Assembly: GCA_965216755.1 (NCBI GenBank)
Contig: CBDCGL010000011.1
Span: 2,176,001 to 2,240,000, forward strand
Direction: 5' to 3'
From: Alphaproteobacteria bacterium
GTDB taxonomy: Bacteria; Pseudomonadota; Alphaproteobacteria; UBA7887
Length of the DNA: 64,000 bases
The position numbers were made by a program, and so were the translations under genes. This document shows, piece by piece, positions 1-9,385 of the stretch. Below the pieces are notes generated by a model. That model did no database searches and was not told the DNA's origin. It saw only the letters and a program-made list of their open reading frames with translations. Each line of letters begins with the position of its first letter. The first letter of the stretch is position 1.

Positions 1-10
1 ACTAAACTAT

Positions 11-604
11 ATGACCATCGCCGATACCCACGGGGCAGGCGCGACGACAAGGGCGCGCGCGCACGACGCTGGCCTGCGCCTTCATTTGGGTTGCGGGCGG
101 CGCGAGATTCCCGGGTTTTATCACATTGACCTGATGCCCTATCCGCATGTCGACCACATCGGCGCGGTCGAGCGCCTGGATCAATTTGCGGATGGCACCG
201 TCACGATGATCTACGCCTGTCACGTGCTTGAGCATTTCGGCCGCTATCGGGTGTTCGACGTTGTTGCTGAGTGGTATCGCGTGTTGCGCCCGAACGGCTT
301 GCTGCGTCTCGCCGTTCCCGATTTCCAGGCAGCGGCACGATTCTACCAGCGCGATGGTGATATCCGTCACGTCTTGGGTTTGCTGATGGGTGGCCAGACA
401 ACGCGTTACGACTATCATCGCGTCATCTTCGACGAAACGAGCCTGGGCGGCCTATTGGAAGATGTCGGATTTCGTGACATTCGGCGCTACGACTGGCGGC
501 AAACCGAACACGCTTGGCTTGACGATTTTAGTCAAGCGTATCTGCCGCACTTGGACAAAGACGCGGGCGTGTTGGTGAGCCTGAATGTTGAGGCGGAAAA
601 ATGA
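11..604 (+). CDS. Class I SAM-dependent methyltransferase-like protein (Methyltransf_11-like)
   Basis: Motif I LHLGCG, IYACHVLEH, RVLRPNGLLRLAVPD; clear paralog of 3092..3634. Confidence 0.8.
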   Translation: MTIADTHGAGATTRARAHDAGLRLHLGCGRREIPGFYHIDLMPYPHVDHIGAVERLDQFADGTVTMIYACHVLEHFGRYRVFDVVAEWYRVLRPNGLLRLAVPDFQAAARFYQRDGDIRHVLGLLMGGQTTRYDYHRVIFDETSLGGLLEDVGFRDIRRYDWRQTEHAWLDDFSQAYLPHLDKDAGVLVSLNVEAEK

Positions 605-635
605 GGCGCGGCCTAGCGCGTCCGACGATTGTGAT

Positions 636-3095
636 ATGTCATTAGCCAGCACAAATTTAGCTGAAGCTGTCGCGCGTCATCGCAGTGGTGACCTTGGCGC
701 CGCCGAAGACCTATACCGCCAGCTCATCGACGACAGCACGGACGCGGGCAACCTCCGGGTCGATGCACTGCATTTGTTGGGCGTACTCTATCATCAGCGC
801 GGCAACTATGCTGGTGCGGTCGCGTTGATCGAACAAGCGCTGGCGCTGCGTCCTGACGACGCCGACATGCACGCGAATGTCGGCGAATCCCATCGCATGC
901 TTGGCGATCGCGAGGAAGCCGTATGGCACTTTGAGCAAGCGTTGTCGGCGCACCCGGATTGTGCCGCCGCACTTCATAACCTGGGTCTCGTTGCGCTTGC
1001 AGAGCAACGACCCGAACACGCTATCCCGCGACTTCGAAAAGCCGTGGCACTTAAGCCAAACGCCGTCCAGTTCACCATCAACCTTGGCCGGGCGCTGTTT
1101 GCAGCCGGCAAATTTGACGAAGCCGTTGACGTATTTCAAGACATCGTGTCACTGCATGCTGATCACGTGCCCGCGCTGACGCTGCTGGCAATGAGCCTGG
1201 AGCGCGCGGGCCACCGCAATGAAGCTCTGGCCACATATTCACGCGTGATTGCGGCAGACCCAAGCAATGTCGATTGCCTGCACCGCATTGCCGTTGTACT
1301 TCATCGTGGATGCGACCCTGAAGCCGCCGTTTCTTACTACCGCCGTGCCCTGAGGGTCGCGCCAGACCGCGGCGACATCCGAAACAACTTGGCTGCCGCA
1401 CTCACCGACTGCGGACAGCCGGAGCGCGCGATCGATCACTACAAGGCGGCGATCGCTGCGAACCCCAAGGCCGTGTCGGCCTATGCCAATCTGGGTCGGG
1501 CGCTCCATTTGAGTGGACAACTCGACGCGGCGAACCAGTATCTCCAGCGCGCGCTTGAATTCGCCCCCAATCATGCTGAGGCTCTGAACAGCTTGGGCAA
1601 CGTCTATGTCGACCAAGGTCATGTCGACGAAGCAATCCAGTACTATGAGCGCGCACTCGTCGCGGCGCCTGGTCATCACGCCGCCTATGTTAGCTTGTTG
1701 GTGCAGACTGGGAATATCTGTGATTGGCGCCGTCAAAGCGCCTTGTTGGCGCAATTGCCTGACCACTTATCACGCTTGCAAGAAACCGGCGAATCGCCGG
1801 AGTTTCTACGGCCACTCGGATTCGCCCTGCCATATATATGCCGTGACAATGAATTGATCGGCCACCTTCTTACAATTGTCGGCCGCAGCATCGCGCGGGG
1901 CGCGCGACCGGTAACGCGCCCCCATCATCGGCGACAAACTGACCCCGATAAACGGCTGCACATCGGCTATGTTTCACCCGACTTCGGTGATCATCCGATC
2001 AGTCATGTTACCGTGCCGATCTACGCCGCGCATGATCGCGATCAGGTGGCAGTCTCGTGTTTTGCCTTGCTCGACCGTCAAGCGGCGGCGGGCGATTATC
2101 TGGCGCGTATCAGGGCTGGCGCCGATCGGTTCATCGATCTGTCAGGCTTATCCCACCGCGACGCGGCGCAACATATTGCCAACAGCGAAGTCGATATCTT
2201 GATCGACCTCGGCGGCTACATGCGCCATGCGCGGCCGGAGATCTTCGCCATGAAGCCGGCGCCAATTCAAGTGTATTGGCAAGGCCATACCGGCACGCTT
2301 GGTGCGCCCTATATCGACTATGTTATCGGCGACGAACACATGATGCCGGCCAGCGAAGATGACCGCTTGGCGGAGGCCGTGGTCCGCATGCCCGAAACGT
2401 TTTCAAGTGCCGACCGGCCGCCCATCGCCACCGATCCGCCGTCGCGTGCCAGCCAAGGATTGCCCGAACAAGGGATCGTTTTTTGCGCCTTTAACAACCC
2501 GTTGAAAATCGATCCGACCGTTTTCAAGGCTTGGATGCGGATTCTTGGCGCCGTGCCGGATGCGGTGCTGTGGCTGAGCGGCGGCACCAACCCGCTCGCC
2601 GAAGCCAATCTGAAGGTGGCCGCCAAGACTGCTGGAATCGCTCCAGAACGACTGGTCTTTGCCGCGCGCATTGCCGACAAGTCGGTCCACCTGGCCCGGC
2701 ACGCCCTCGCCGACATATTCCTCGACACGTTCAATTTCAACGCTTCGACCACGGCACTGGATGCGTTGTGGGCGGGGTTACCCCTCGTTGCGAAACGCGG
2801 GACCAACGCCTATTCGCGGATTACCACCGGCTATTTGCATGCGATTGACATGGCGGAACTGGTCTGCGACTCGGTCCACGCATATAGATCCTGCGCGGTT
2901 GCCCTTGCCACCAACTGCGAACGCCTTGCGAAAACGAAGCGGCGATTACAGGCTAACCGCGAGACATCGCCGTTGTTCGACAATCACCGATTTGTCCGCC
3001 ATCTGGAGTGGGCGTATCGCCATATGTGGCATAACCACGCGCGTCAACAGACACCCGCCTCTTTTGAGGTTCCATCGCTTGATGGACCATCATGA
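636..3095 (+). CDS. TPR-repeat O-GlcNAc-transferase-like glycosyltransferase (GT41/SPINDLY family)
   Basis: Many N-terminal TPRs, then GYVSPDFGDHP, FCAFNNPLKI, DIFLDTFNFNASTTALDALWAGLP; ATG 636 preferred over the ORF-track start 585. Confidence 0.9.
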   Translation: MSLASTNLAEAVARHRSGDLGAAEDLYRQLIDDSTDAGNLRVDALHLLGVLYHQRGNYAGAVALIEQALALRPDDADMHANVGESHRMLGDREEAVWHFEQALSAHPDCAAALHNLGLVALAEQRPEHAIPRLRKAVALKPNAVQFTINLGRALFAAGKFDEAVDVFQDIVSLHADHVPALTLLAMSLERAGHRNEALATYSRVIAADPSNVDCLHRIAVVLHRGCDPEAAVSYYRRALRVAPDRGDIRNNLAAALTDCGQPERAIDHYKAAIAANPKAVSAYANLGRALHLSGQLDAANQYLQRALEFAPNHAEALNSLGNVYVDQGHVDEAIQYYERALVAAPGHHAAYVSLLVQTGNICDWRRQSALLAQLPDHLSRLQETGESPEFLRPLGFALPYICRDNELIGHLLTIVGRSIARGARPVTRPHHRRQTDPDKRLHIGYVSPDFGDHPISHVTVPIYAAHDRDQVAVSCFALLDRQAAAGDYLARIRAGADRFIDLSGLSHRDAAQHIANSEVDILIDLGGYMRHARPEIFAMKPAPIQVYWQGHTGTLGAPYIDYVIGDEHMMPASEDDRLAEAVVRMPETFSSADRPPIATDPPSRASQGLPEQGIVFCAFNNPLKIDPTVFKAWMRILGAVPDAVLWLSGGTNPLAEANLKVAAKTAGIAPERLVFAARIADKSVHLARHALADIFLDTFNFNASTTALDALWAGLPLVAKRGTNAYSRITTGYLHAIDMAELVCDSVHAYRSCAVALATNCERLAKTKRRLQANRETSPLFDNHRFVRHLEWAYRHMWHNHARQQTPASFEVPSLDGPS

Positions 3096-3634
3096 GAAGC
3101 ACAACAAAATTATATCTCGGCTGTGGAACGCGGCATCTGCCCGGTTTCATCCACATAGATTCACGTCCCTATCCACATATCGATCACCTGACACGGATTG
3201 ACCGGCTCCCTATGTTTGCCGACGATTCGGTTGATCTGATATACGCCAGCCACGTGTTGGAACAATTTGGCCGTTATCAAATATTCGACGTGGTCTGCGA
3301 ATGGTATCGGGTGCTACGTCCGGGCGGTGCGTTACGCCTGGCGGGCCCGGACTTCGCCAAGGCCGTGCGCTATTACCTTAGCAACGGTGACATCCGCGAC
3401 GTAATGGGCCTGGTGGTCGGTGGCCAAGCGACCAGTGACGATGTTCACCGCACGCTGTTCGACGAGGCGAATTTAGGGGAACTCTTGCTCGACGTTGGAT
3501 TCGACTCGGTCGATCGCTATGACTGGCGGCAAACCGAGCACGCGGGCTTCGACGATCTCAGCCAGTCTTATTTGCCGCATTTGGACAAGACTGACGGCGT
3601 TCTGGTCAGCCTGAATGTCGAGGCGATCAAGTAA
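3092..3634 (+). CDS. SAM-dependent methyltransferase-like protein, paralog of 11..604
   Basis: LYLGCG, HVLEQ, shared C-terminal YDWRQTEH...YLPHLDK...SLNVEA; ATGA overlap with the GT41 stop. Confidence 0.8.
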   Translation: MRSTTKLYLGCGTRHLPGFIHIDSRPYPHIDHLTRIDRLPMFADDSVDLIYASHVLEQFGRYQIFDVVCEWYRVLRPGGALRLAGPDFAKAVRYYLSNGDIRDVMGLVVGGQATSDDVHRTLFDEANLGELLLDVGFDSVDRYDWRQTEHAGFDDLSQSYLPHLDKTDGVLVSLNVEAIK

Positions 3635-4995
3635 TGGCCGCTGCGCATCCCGTCGCACGCGCCTTGATGGCGCTCCGCGACGGCCAACCCGACCAGGCAG
3701 CGGCGCATTGCCGGTCAATCCTGGCGAAATGGCCCACAGATGAAGCGGCGCGCCTAACATATGCGGCAGCCCTGTGCGATTTGGGACGCCTGTGCCAAGA
3801 GCAAGGGCAATGGGATACCGCTGCCAACCATTACGACGCCGCGCTGCGCTATGCCCCCGACCATGTCCAGGCGCACAGCAATATGGGTCTTGTCTGCCAG
3901 CAGAGGGGCGCATTTGAATTCGCGCTCAGGCACTTCGACGCCGCCCTCGAACGCGCCCCCGATAATCCCGATGTCCACAAGAATCGCGCCATATTGCGCC
4001 TGTTGATGGGCGAATTTGGCCCCGCATTCGATGAATATGAATGGCGTTGGCGAGGCCCGAAAACAATCAACAAGCGGCGTCCCTTCGCGCAGCCCGATTG
4101 GGATGGCACCAACCTGACAAACCGTCGCCTGCTGATTTGGGGCGAACAGGGCATCGGCGACGAGATCATGTTTGCATCGCTGCTGCCCGAAACGATCCGC
4201 GCAGCGGCCGGTTGCGTAATTGAATGCGCAGCGCGCCTGGAACCAGTGTTTGCGCGATCCTTTCCGGCCGCATTGGTCGTCGCGCGGGGCACGCCACCCG
4301 ATATCCGAACCGGGCCCGACTGCGCGGACGTGCAGATTGCCGCCGGCAGCCTGTGTCGTTGGCGGCGTCGCGAGGCCGCGGCCTTTGGCAACCCCAAGGC
4401 CTATCTGCGCGCCGATCCCGACAAAATGGCGCGCTGTCGCGCCCGTTATGCCGCCCTTGGACCGGGCCTCAAGGTCGGTATCGCCTGGCAGAGCAAGACA
4501 CCCCTGTGGGGCCTGATCAAATCGGCGCCCTTGCGGCACTGGGCGCCGATTCTGCAGACCCCTGGCCTGCAATTCGTTTCGCTGCAATATGGCGATTGCG
4601 ACGACGATGTCGCGACCGCGCGCGCCCTGGGCGCGACGATCGATTGCGATCCAACCGTTGATCAAATGGCAAGCCTGGACGATTTCGCCGCACAAATCGC
4701 CGCTTTGGACATGGTGATCACGGTCTCGAATACCACCGCCCATTTGGCCGGCGCGTTGGGCGTGCCGTGCCATGTTTTGCTCGCTTTTTCGCCGGACTGG
4801 CGCTGGCAGGCACGCGGCGATCGGCCGCTTTGGTACCCCCATCAAACACTGTATCGGCAGGCCGCGCCCGGCGCCTGGGAGGCACCCATCGCGGCGGTGG
4901 CGGCACGGATTCACGGCTACTTAACCGCTGTCGGATCAGATGGAGGCCAGAGCCATCACGAGGCGGTGCGCCATGACCATGTCGATGACCCTTGA
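3634..4995 (+). CDS. TPR + GT-B (GT9-like, FlbA/FlmG-type) glycosyltransferase
   Basis: TPRs, YEWRW, WDG, EQGIGDEIMF, VGIAW, DMVITVSNTTAHLAGALG; TAATG coupling with the upstream gene. Confidence 0.8.
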   Translation: MAAAHPVARALMALRDGQPDQAAAHCRSILAKWPTDEAARLTYAAALCDLGRLCQEQGQWDTAANHYDAALRYAPDHVQAHSNMGLVCQQRGAFEFALRHFDAALERAPDNPDVHKNRAILRLLMGEFGPAFDEYEWRWRGPKTINKRRPFAQPDWDGTNLTNRRLLIWGEQGIGDEIMFASLLPETIRAAAGCVIECAARLEPVFARSFPAALVVARGTPPDIRTGPDCADVQIAAGSLCRWRRREAAAFGNPKAYLRADPDKMARCRARYAALGPGLKVGIAWQSKTPLWGLIKSAPLRHWAPILQTPGLQFVSLQYGDCDDDVATARALGATIDCDPTVDQMASLDDFAAQIAALDMVITVSNTTAHLAGALGVPCHVLLAFSPDWRWQARGDRPLWYPHQTLYRQAAPGAWEAPIAAVAARIHGYLTAVGSDGGQSHHEAVRHDHVDDP

Positions 4996-5743
4996 GGAAT
5001 ACGAACAGATCCAGCCTGCGATGGCCTTGGGGCCCGAAGGCCAACAGGTGCTCTATTGCACGCCGAACCGCGCCACCCAGTGGCGGGTGCAGACCTTCTT
5101 TACCAAAGAGCCCGAAACAGTCGCTTGGATTGGCACGTTCGAAGCCGGCGATGTGCTGGTCGATGTTGGCGCCAATGTCGGCATGTACACGATTTGGGCG
5201 GCGAAGGCCGCAAGGGCGCGTGTGTTCGCTTTCGAACCCGAATCACAGAACTTCGCGCTGCTCAACCGAAATATTGTCGCCAACGGTTTGTCTGACCGAG
5301 CGGTCGCTTTTTGCCTCGCGCTCAGCGACGAGACCCGTTTCGACCGCCTGCATATCAGTCGTTTCGAAATCGGCCAATCCTGCCATAGCTTCGGCGAGAA
5401 GGTTGATTTTCGCTTGCAGCCACACGACTTTGCGCTCAGCCAAGGTGCCGTCTCGACCGCCATGGATGCGCTGGTACAACAGCAAACAATTCCGGTGCCC
5501 AATCACATCAAGGTCGATGTCGACGGTTTCGAACACAAAGTGCTGCGTGGGGCGGCGACAACGTTGGATAACCCGCGCGTCCGGTCTCTTTTGGTCGAAA
5601 TCAATCAGAACCTGCCCGAGCATGTGGAGGCCGTCGCCCACCTTAAGGACAAGGGCTTTCACTACACGCTCGATCAGGTCACGGAATCGGAACGGTTGGA
5701 CGGCCTATTCAAAGGGGTCGCGAACTATGTCTTTCGGCGCTGA
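4973..5743 (+). CDS. FkbM-family methyltransferase
   Basis: VDVGANVGMY, FAFEP, HIKVDVDGFE, SLLVE; start among ATGs 4973-4986 uncertain. Confidence 0.88.
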   Translation: MTMSMTLEEYEQIQPAMALGPEGQQVLYCTPNRATQWRVQTFFTKEPETVAWIGTFEAGDVLVDVGANVGMYTIWAAKAARARVFAFEPESQNFALLNRNIVANGLSDRAVAFCLALSDETRFDRLHISRFEIGQSCHSFGEKVDFRLQPHDFALSQGAVSTAMDALVQQQTIPVPNHIKVDVDGFEHKVLRGAATTLDNPRVRSLLVEINQNLPEHVEAVAHLKDKGFHYTLDQVTESERLDGLFKGVANYVFRR

Positions 5744-6500
5744 CACCCTTGCCCCGCCTGTGGCCACGGCACAGAACGCGGCTCACAAGCACGTGCTGCG
5801 GCAGATCGGCGAGGCGCGGATCATGCCGAACCCGTTTCCCCATTTCTACATCGAGAACGTTTTTCCCGACACGTTCTACCAGCGGTTACGCACCTATTTT
5901 CCAAGCGACAACGAGCTTGTGTGCCTGGGTGATACCGGGCGTGTGCCCGCCGGCCAGTATAAAGAACGTTTTGTATACGTACTCAACCAGGAAAATCTCG
6001 CCCATCTCCCCGACGCCAAACGCGCGTTTTGGCAAGACGTCGCGTCGTGGATGTTGGGCCGACCGCTGGTGTCGTTGCTCAGCCACAAATTTCTGCGCGC
6101 TTTACAGACACGTTTTGGCACATACATGAATGAGGTGCGGTTGTCGCCCGAGGCTTTGCTGGTCCGTGATCGCACGAACTATTCCATTGGACCGCACAGT
6201 GATGCCCCCCATCGCTTGCTGTCGATGCTGTTCTATTGTCCACAAGATAATCGCATGGCCCATCTGGGCACGTCATTGTATGTACCCAAGAAGCGTGGTT
6301 TCACCTGCGTTGGCGGCCGCCACTACACGATTGACGATTTCATCAATGTCGGCACGATGCCGTTTTTGCCCAATTCAGCGTTCTGCTTTTTGAAGACGAA
6401 GAACTCGTTCCATGGCGTCGAGCCCATCACCGACAAAGACATCTGCCGCGACATGCTGTTGTACGACATACGCGTCGACCCAAGCCATTTCGCTGACTAA
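5727..6500 (+). CDS. 2OG-Fe(II) oxygenase superfamily protein
   Basis: PFPHFYIENVFP, HxD (GPHSD), distal His (SFHGVEP), Arg (CRDML); ATG 5727 follows AAAGGGG and lies inside the 502-aa ORF-track call. Confidence 0.8.
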   Translation: MSFGADTLAPPVATAQNAAHKHVLRQIGEARIMPNPFPHFYIENVFPDTFYQRLRTYFPSDNELVCLGDTGRVPAGQYKERFVYVLNQENLAHLPDAKRAFWQDVASWMLGRPLVSLLSHKFLRALQTRFGTYMNEVRLSPEALLVRDRTNYSIGPHSDAPHRLLSMLFYCPQDNRMAHLGTSLYVPKKRGFTCVGGRHYTIDDFINVGTMPFLPNSAFCFLKTKNSFHGVEPITDKDICRDMLLYDIRVDPSHFAD

Positions 6501-6684
6501 CGACCTCTCATCACAAATACCGGTCTTCCACAGGCCCTGCGAAACCATGACATTCACGCCGCAATCCGGCTGGTCCCCATGGGACAATTGACACAACCCG
6601 CTGAGGGCAGCTTGCATAACCAGCGACTGTGTTTACTTGTGGCCGGGTCCGGGCCCGGCCGTGACGAGGTTGTGTTGGTGTGCT

Positions 6685-7293
6685 CTAGGCGTTCCAACTC
6701 GGCCGGGCACGCATCTTGTCATCCCACCGCTTTACGTGCGTCGCGGACTCCGGGATTGGCACTTCGACAAAATCACCGATCATCGATGCCGCCATGCCTG
6801 TGATATCCGCGATGGAAAACGCGTCGCCGGCAATGTACGGACGCCCGTCGGCCAACTCACGGTCGAGCCATAGCCAACGTTCGGCCGCTGCAACACGCTG
6901 AGCTTCAGCATAAGCCGGAACCTGCGTCAGACGCTCCTGAAAAAACTCAAACGTGTGTTCAGCAACACTGCCGAGTCGCCGCATGATCTGAATTTCCATA
7001 CGCCGATTCCACATTTCGACGCAGGCGCGCGCCACCGCATCGTCGCCGAACAAAGGTGGAAGCGGATGGATTTCTTCCAAATAACGACAGATGGCGACAC
7101 TTTCCGTGATCACCGTGCCGTCGTCGAGCGCCAATACCGGCGTTTCCCCAAGCGAATTGAGTGCAATAAATTCTCTTGCGCGCGCCTCGCCTTTCTGAAG
7201 ATTCAAACGTTCTGTTGGAATAGCGATCCCCTTCTCCGCGATGAAAATGCGCACGCGGCGCGGGTTTGGCGCGCGACCGTCATAGAGCTTCAT
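6685..7293 (-). CDS. Glutathione S-transferase family protein
   Basis: APNPRRVRIF, PVLALDDGTVITESVAICRYLE, FSIADI; GGAG before ATG 7293. Confidence 0.9.
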   Translation of the reverse strand: MKLYDGRAPNPRRVRIFIAEKGIAIPTERLNLQKGEARAREFIALNSLGETPVLALDDGTVITESVAICRYLEEIHPLPPLFGDDAVARACVEMWNRRMEIQIMRRLGSVAEHTFEFFQERLTQVPAYAEAQRVAAAERWLWLDRELADGRPYIAGDAFSIADITGMAASMIGDFVEVPIPESATHVKRWDDKMRARPSWNA

Positions 7294-7339
7294 CGTCTGC
7301 ATCTCCGACAATGCTTGGTGACGGCGTTCGGCTGATCGA

Positions 7340-8317
7340 TCATTCAGTCATCAAATACTCAGTGAACCACGCCACAGCGAGACTTGACGCCGCGTCGTAG
7401 TGACGCGCATAGATGTCATAATGCTTGCCAGGATAAGTTTCGTACGCCGCCGTGGTGTTGGCCTTGATGATCTCGTAAACCGCGTGGCCATTTGTCATGC
7501 GGTCGAACAGCTCCTCTTCTGTCACGTCGATGATCAAGGTTGGCACGCGAATTGCCCCCGCGTTGTCGATTGGCCGGTAGTCAACCATTTTTGCCAAATC
7601 CGGCGTGCCCCGCAAATTGGGGATTTCATCGATACCTTGCGGGATTGGATCGATCTTGCCACGGGCTTTGTCGATCGCGCGCTGCCGAGCGAGGCGCTGC
7701 CTCTCTGGCGTCCATCCGACACCTTGATAGCCGACCTGGCTAACGATCACCGCCACCCGATCATCACGGGCGCCGACGTAAACGACGTGACCGCCGGAAT
7801 AACTTGTGCCCCATAGACCGATTCGTTCGTGATCTATCCCGGGTTCGCCGCTGAGATAGTCGAGCGCGCTGGTGATATCGCGAACTTGATCGATTGGGTC
7901 AACGACCTCGCGGATGGCGCGGGCCCGCACATTGATTTCGCCACGCGCATCTGGTGACGGCAGATCGCCGACAATCACCAGCCGGCTGTCACTGTCCGCC
8001 CAGCCACGATAGTCAAAGGTCAAAGCGACGAAGCCAGCGCGGGCGAACTTTGGTGCATAGCTACTGTTGAGATGCGCGCGTACACCACCCCACCCGTGTG
8101 TGAGCAATACGGCCGGCCGCGGCTCGCCATCACCGAATCCGTCCGGCAGCCACAAATCGCCGGCCATGCGCGTGCCGTCACTCCAAATCTCCACCGCTTG
8201 CCGTTCAACCGCGTCGGCTTGATCGGCAATTGTGCCTAGTGCTGCCAAAACCAGGCACAGCACGAGCCCCCGAAAACCAATCGAGACGGCCCCCCTCGGC
8301 TCCATTTTCTCTATCAA
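7340..8317 (-). CDS. Exported alpha/beta hydrolase
   Basis: Signal-peptide-like N-terminus, HGWGG, FDYRGW, nucleophile GTSYSGG, C-terminal His (GKHYD). Confidence 0.85.
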   Translation of the reverse strand: MIEKMEPRGAVSIGFRGLVLCLVLAALGTIADQADAVERQAVEIWSDGTRMAGDLWLPDGFGDGEPRPAVLLTHGWGGVRAHLNSSYAPKFARAGFVALTFDYRGWADSDSRLVIVGDLPSPDARGEINVRARAIREVVDPIDQVRDITSALDYLSGEPGIDHERIGLWGTSYSGGHVVYVGARDDRVAVIVSQVGYQGVGWTPERQRLARQRAIDKARGKIDPIPQGIDEIPNLRGTPDLAKMVDYRPIDNAGAIRVPTLIIDVTEEELFDRMTNGHAVYEIIKANTTAAYETYPGKHYDIYARHYDAASSLAVAWFTEYLMTE

Positions 8318-8425
8318 ATTGTTGCCCTCCGGCGGTCGCGCAGACCAGCCTGCCTGTTTTCGCGCGAAAGCGTTTCGCTCTCTGTCATCGCGATCAAACC
8401 AAGGCCGGCAAGCGCTTGGGTTAGT

Positions 8426-9355
8426 TTAGTTGGCCAGCGTCGCTTCAAGTCGCTCAACCACGGGATGGCTGTAGCCGCCATAACGTATCGTCGGCTGTCC
8501 ATTGATGTCCTTCACCAATTGGTCGAATTGGGCAATGGGCTCGTAGCCCTCCAGCCGGTACATTGTGGTCATCACGGCAACTTCTTCCTCGGGCGTCGAT
8601 GCCGCTGTAATCGCTGCCACGATATCTGTCTCAGCTTCTTTCAACAGCGTTTCGCGTTCTAAGTCGGCAAGAACGGCAAGCTTGGTCAGCGCGAATACTT
8701 CCGGACAATGCCAGTCAAAACCCCATTCTCCCACGGCATCCATGATCCGGGCGTGAAGCGGCGCCAAAGCCTCAAGCGCTTGCTTGTCGCTCCATTGTCC
8801 GGTCGTGTGGGCCGCGCGCGCGGTGAACAATTTGGTGCGCATTTTCGCGACCTCCGGGGCGACGGTTTGGGTGAATGTCGCGCAACGTCCCGGCGACGCC
8901 GCCGGGAGAGCCGCGGCGAAGGCTGAAAGGGACCGGGCATCGGGGACGCCCGTATTGGCGGCCCATGCCGAGTCCGCGGTGGCCGCCGACGCATAGACCG
9001 ATAGGGCGTTTACCACGCCGACCAGCGTCAGCGTCTCAAGCGCGAGGTCTTCCGCACAGTCTCCATTCTCGGGCGCTACCAACCAGGCCTTCGCGGCGTT
9101 CAAAATGGGGTTCAAATGGGGCGCGACAAGCTCACCAAACTTTTCATGATCGGCATAGCGCGCCACGTCGTGGGCCGCGTCTAATGTGACGACGACGAAA
9201 GGCGTGGCATCGCATTCGTCGTGAAATACCGCCGACAGACCATCTTGCGCATATATGTTTGTTGGTTCGGCCAGCGCCACGGTCGAACCCAGGATCAACG
9301 TCGCGCAGAGCGCCGCCGACCCGGCAATTTCAAACGATAGTTGGGCAACAATCAA
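8426..9355 (-). CDS. Hypothetical exported protein
   Basis: 309-aa ORF filling the gap between co-oriented genes, hydrophobic N-terminus ending ALA-E, TTG start with upstream GGAG; no family recognised. Confidence 0.6.
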   Translation of the reverse strand: MIVAQLSFEIAGSAALCATLILGSTVALAEPTNIYAQDGLSAVFHDECDATPFVVVTLDAAHDVARYADHEKFGELVAPHLNPILNAAKAWLVAPENGDCAEDLALETLTLVGVVNALSVYASAATADSAWAANTGVPDARSLSAFAAALPAASPGRCATFTQTVAPEVAKMRTKLFTARAAHTTGQWSDKQALEALAPLHARIMDAVGEWGFDWHCPEVFALTKLAVLADLERETLLKEAETDIVAAITAASTPEEEVAVMTTMYRLEGYEPIAQFDQLVKDINGQPTIRYGGYSHPVVERLEATLAN

Positions 9356-9385
9356 AATTCCGACTCCGTATACCAGGCGGCTTGG

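Noticed and set aside
3754-4914. 386-aa antisense ORF, and similar long antisense ORFs such as 47242..48270, 57768..58658 and 32169..32951
   Set aside because: They lie opposite well-supported genes and have no motifs; this is the expected artefact of GC-rich codon usage.
4992-5726. 245-codon N-terminal extension of the 502-aa ORF overlapping FkbM in another frame
   Set aside because: Arg/Ser/Pro-rich shadow-frame composition; oxygenase similarity starts only at ATG 5727, which has its own RBS-like sequence.
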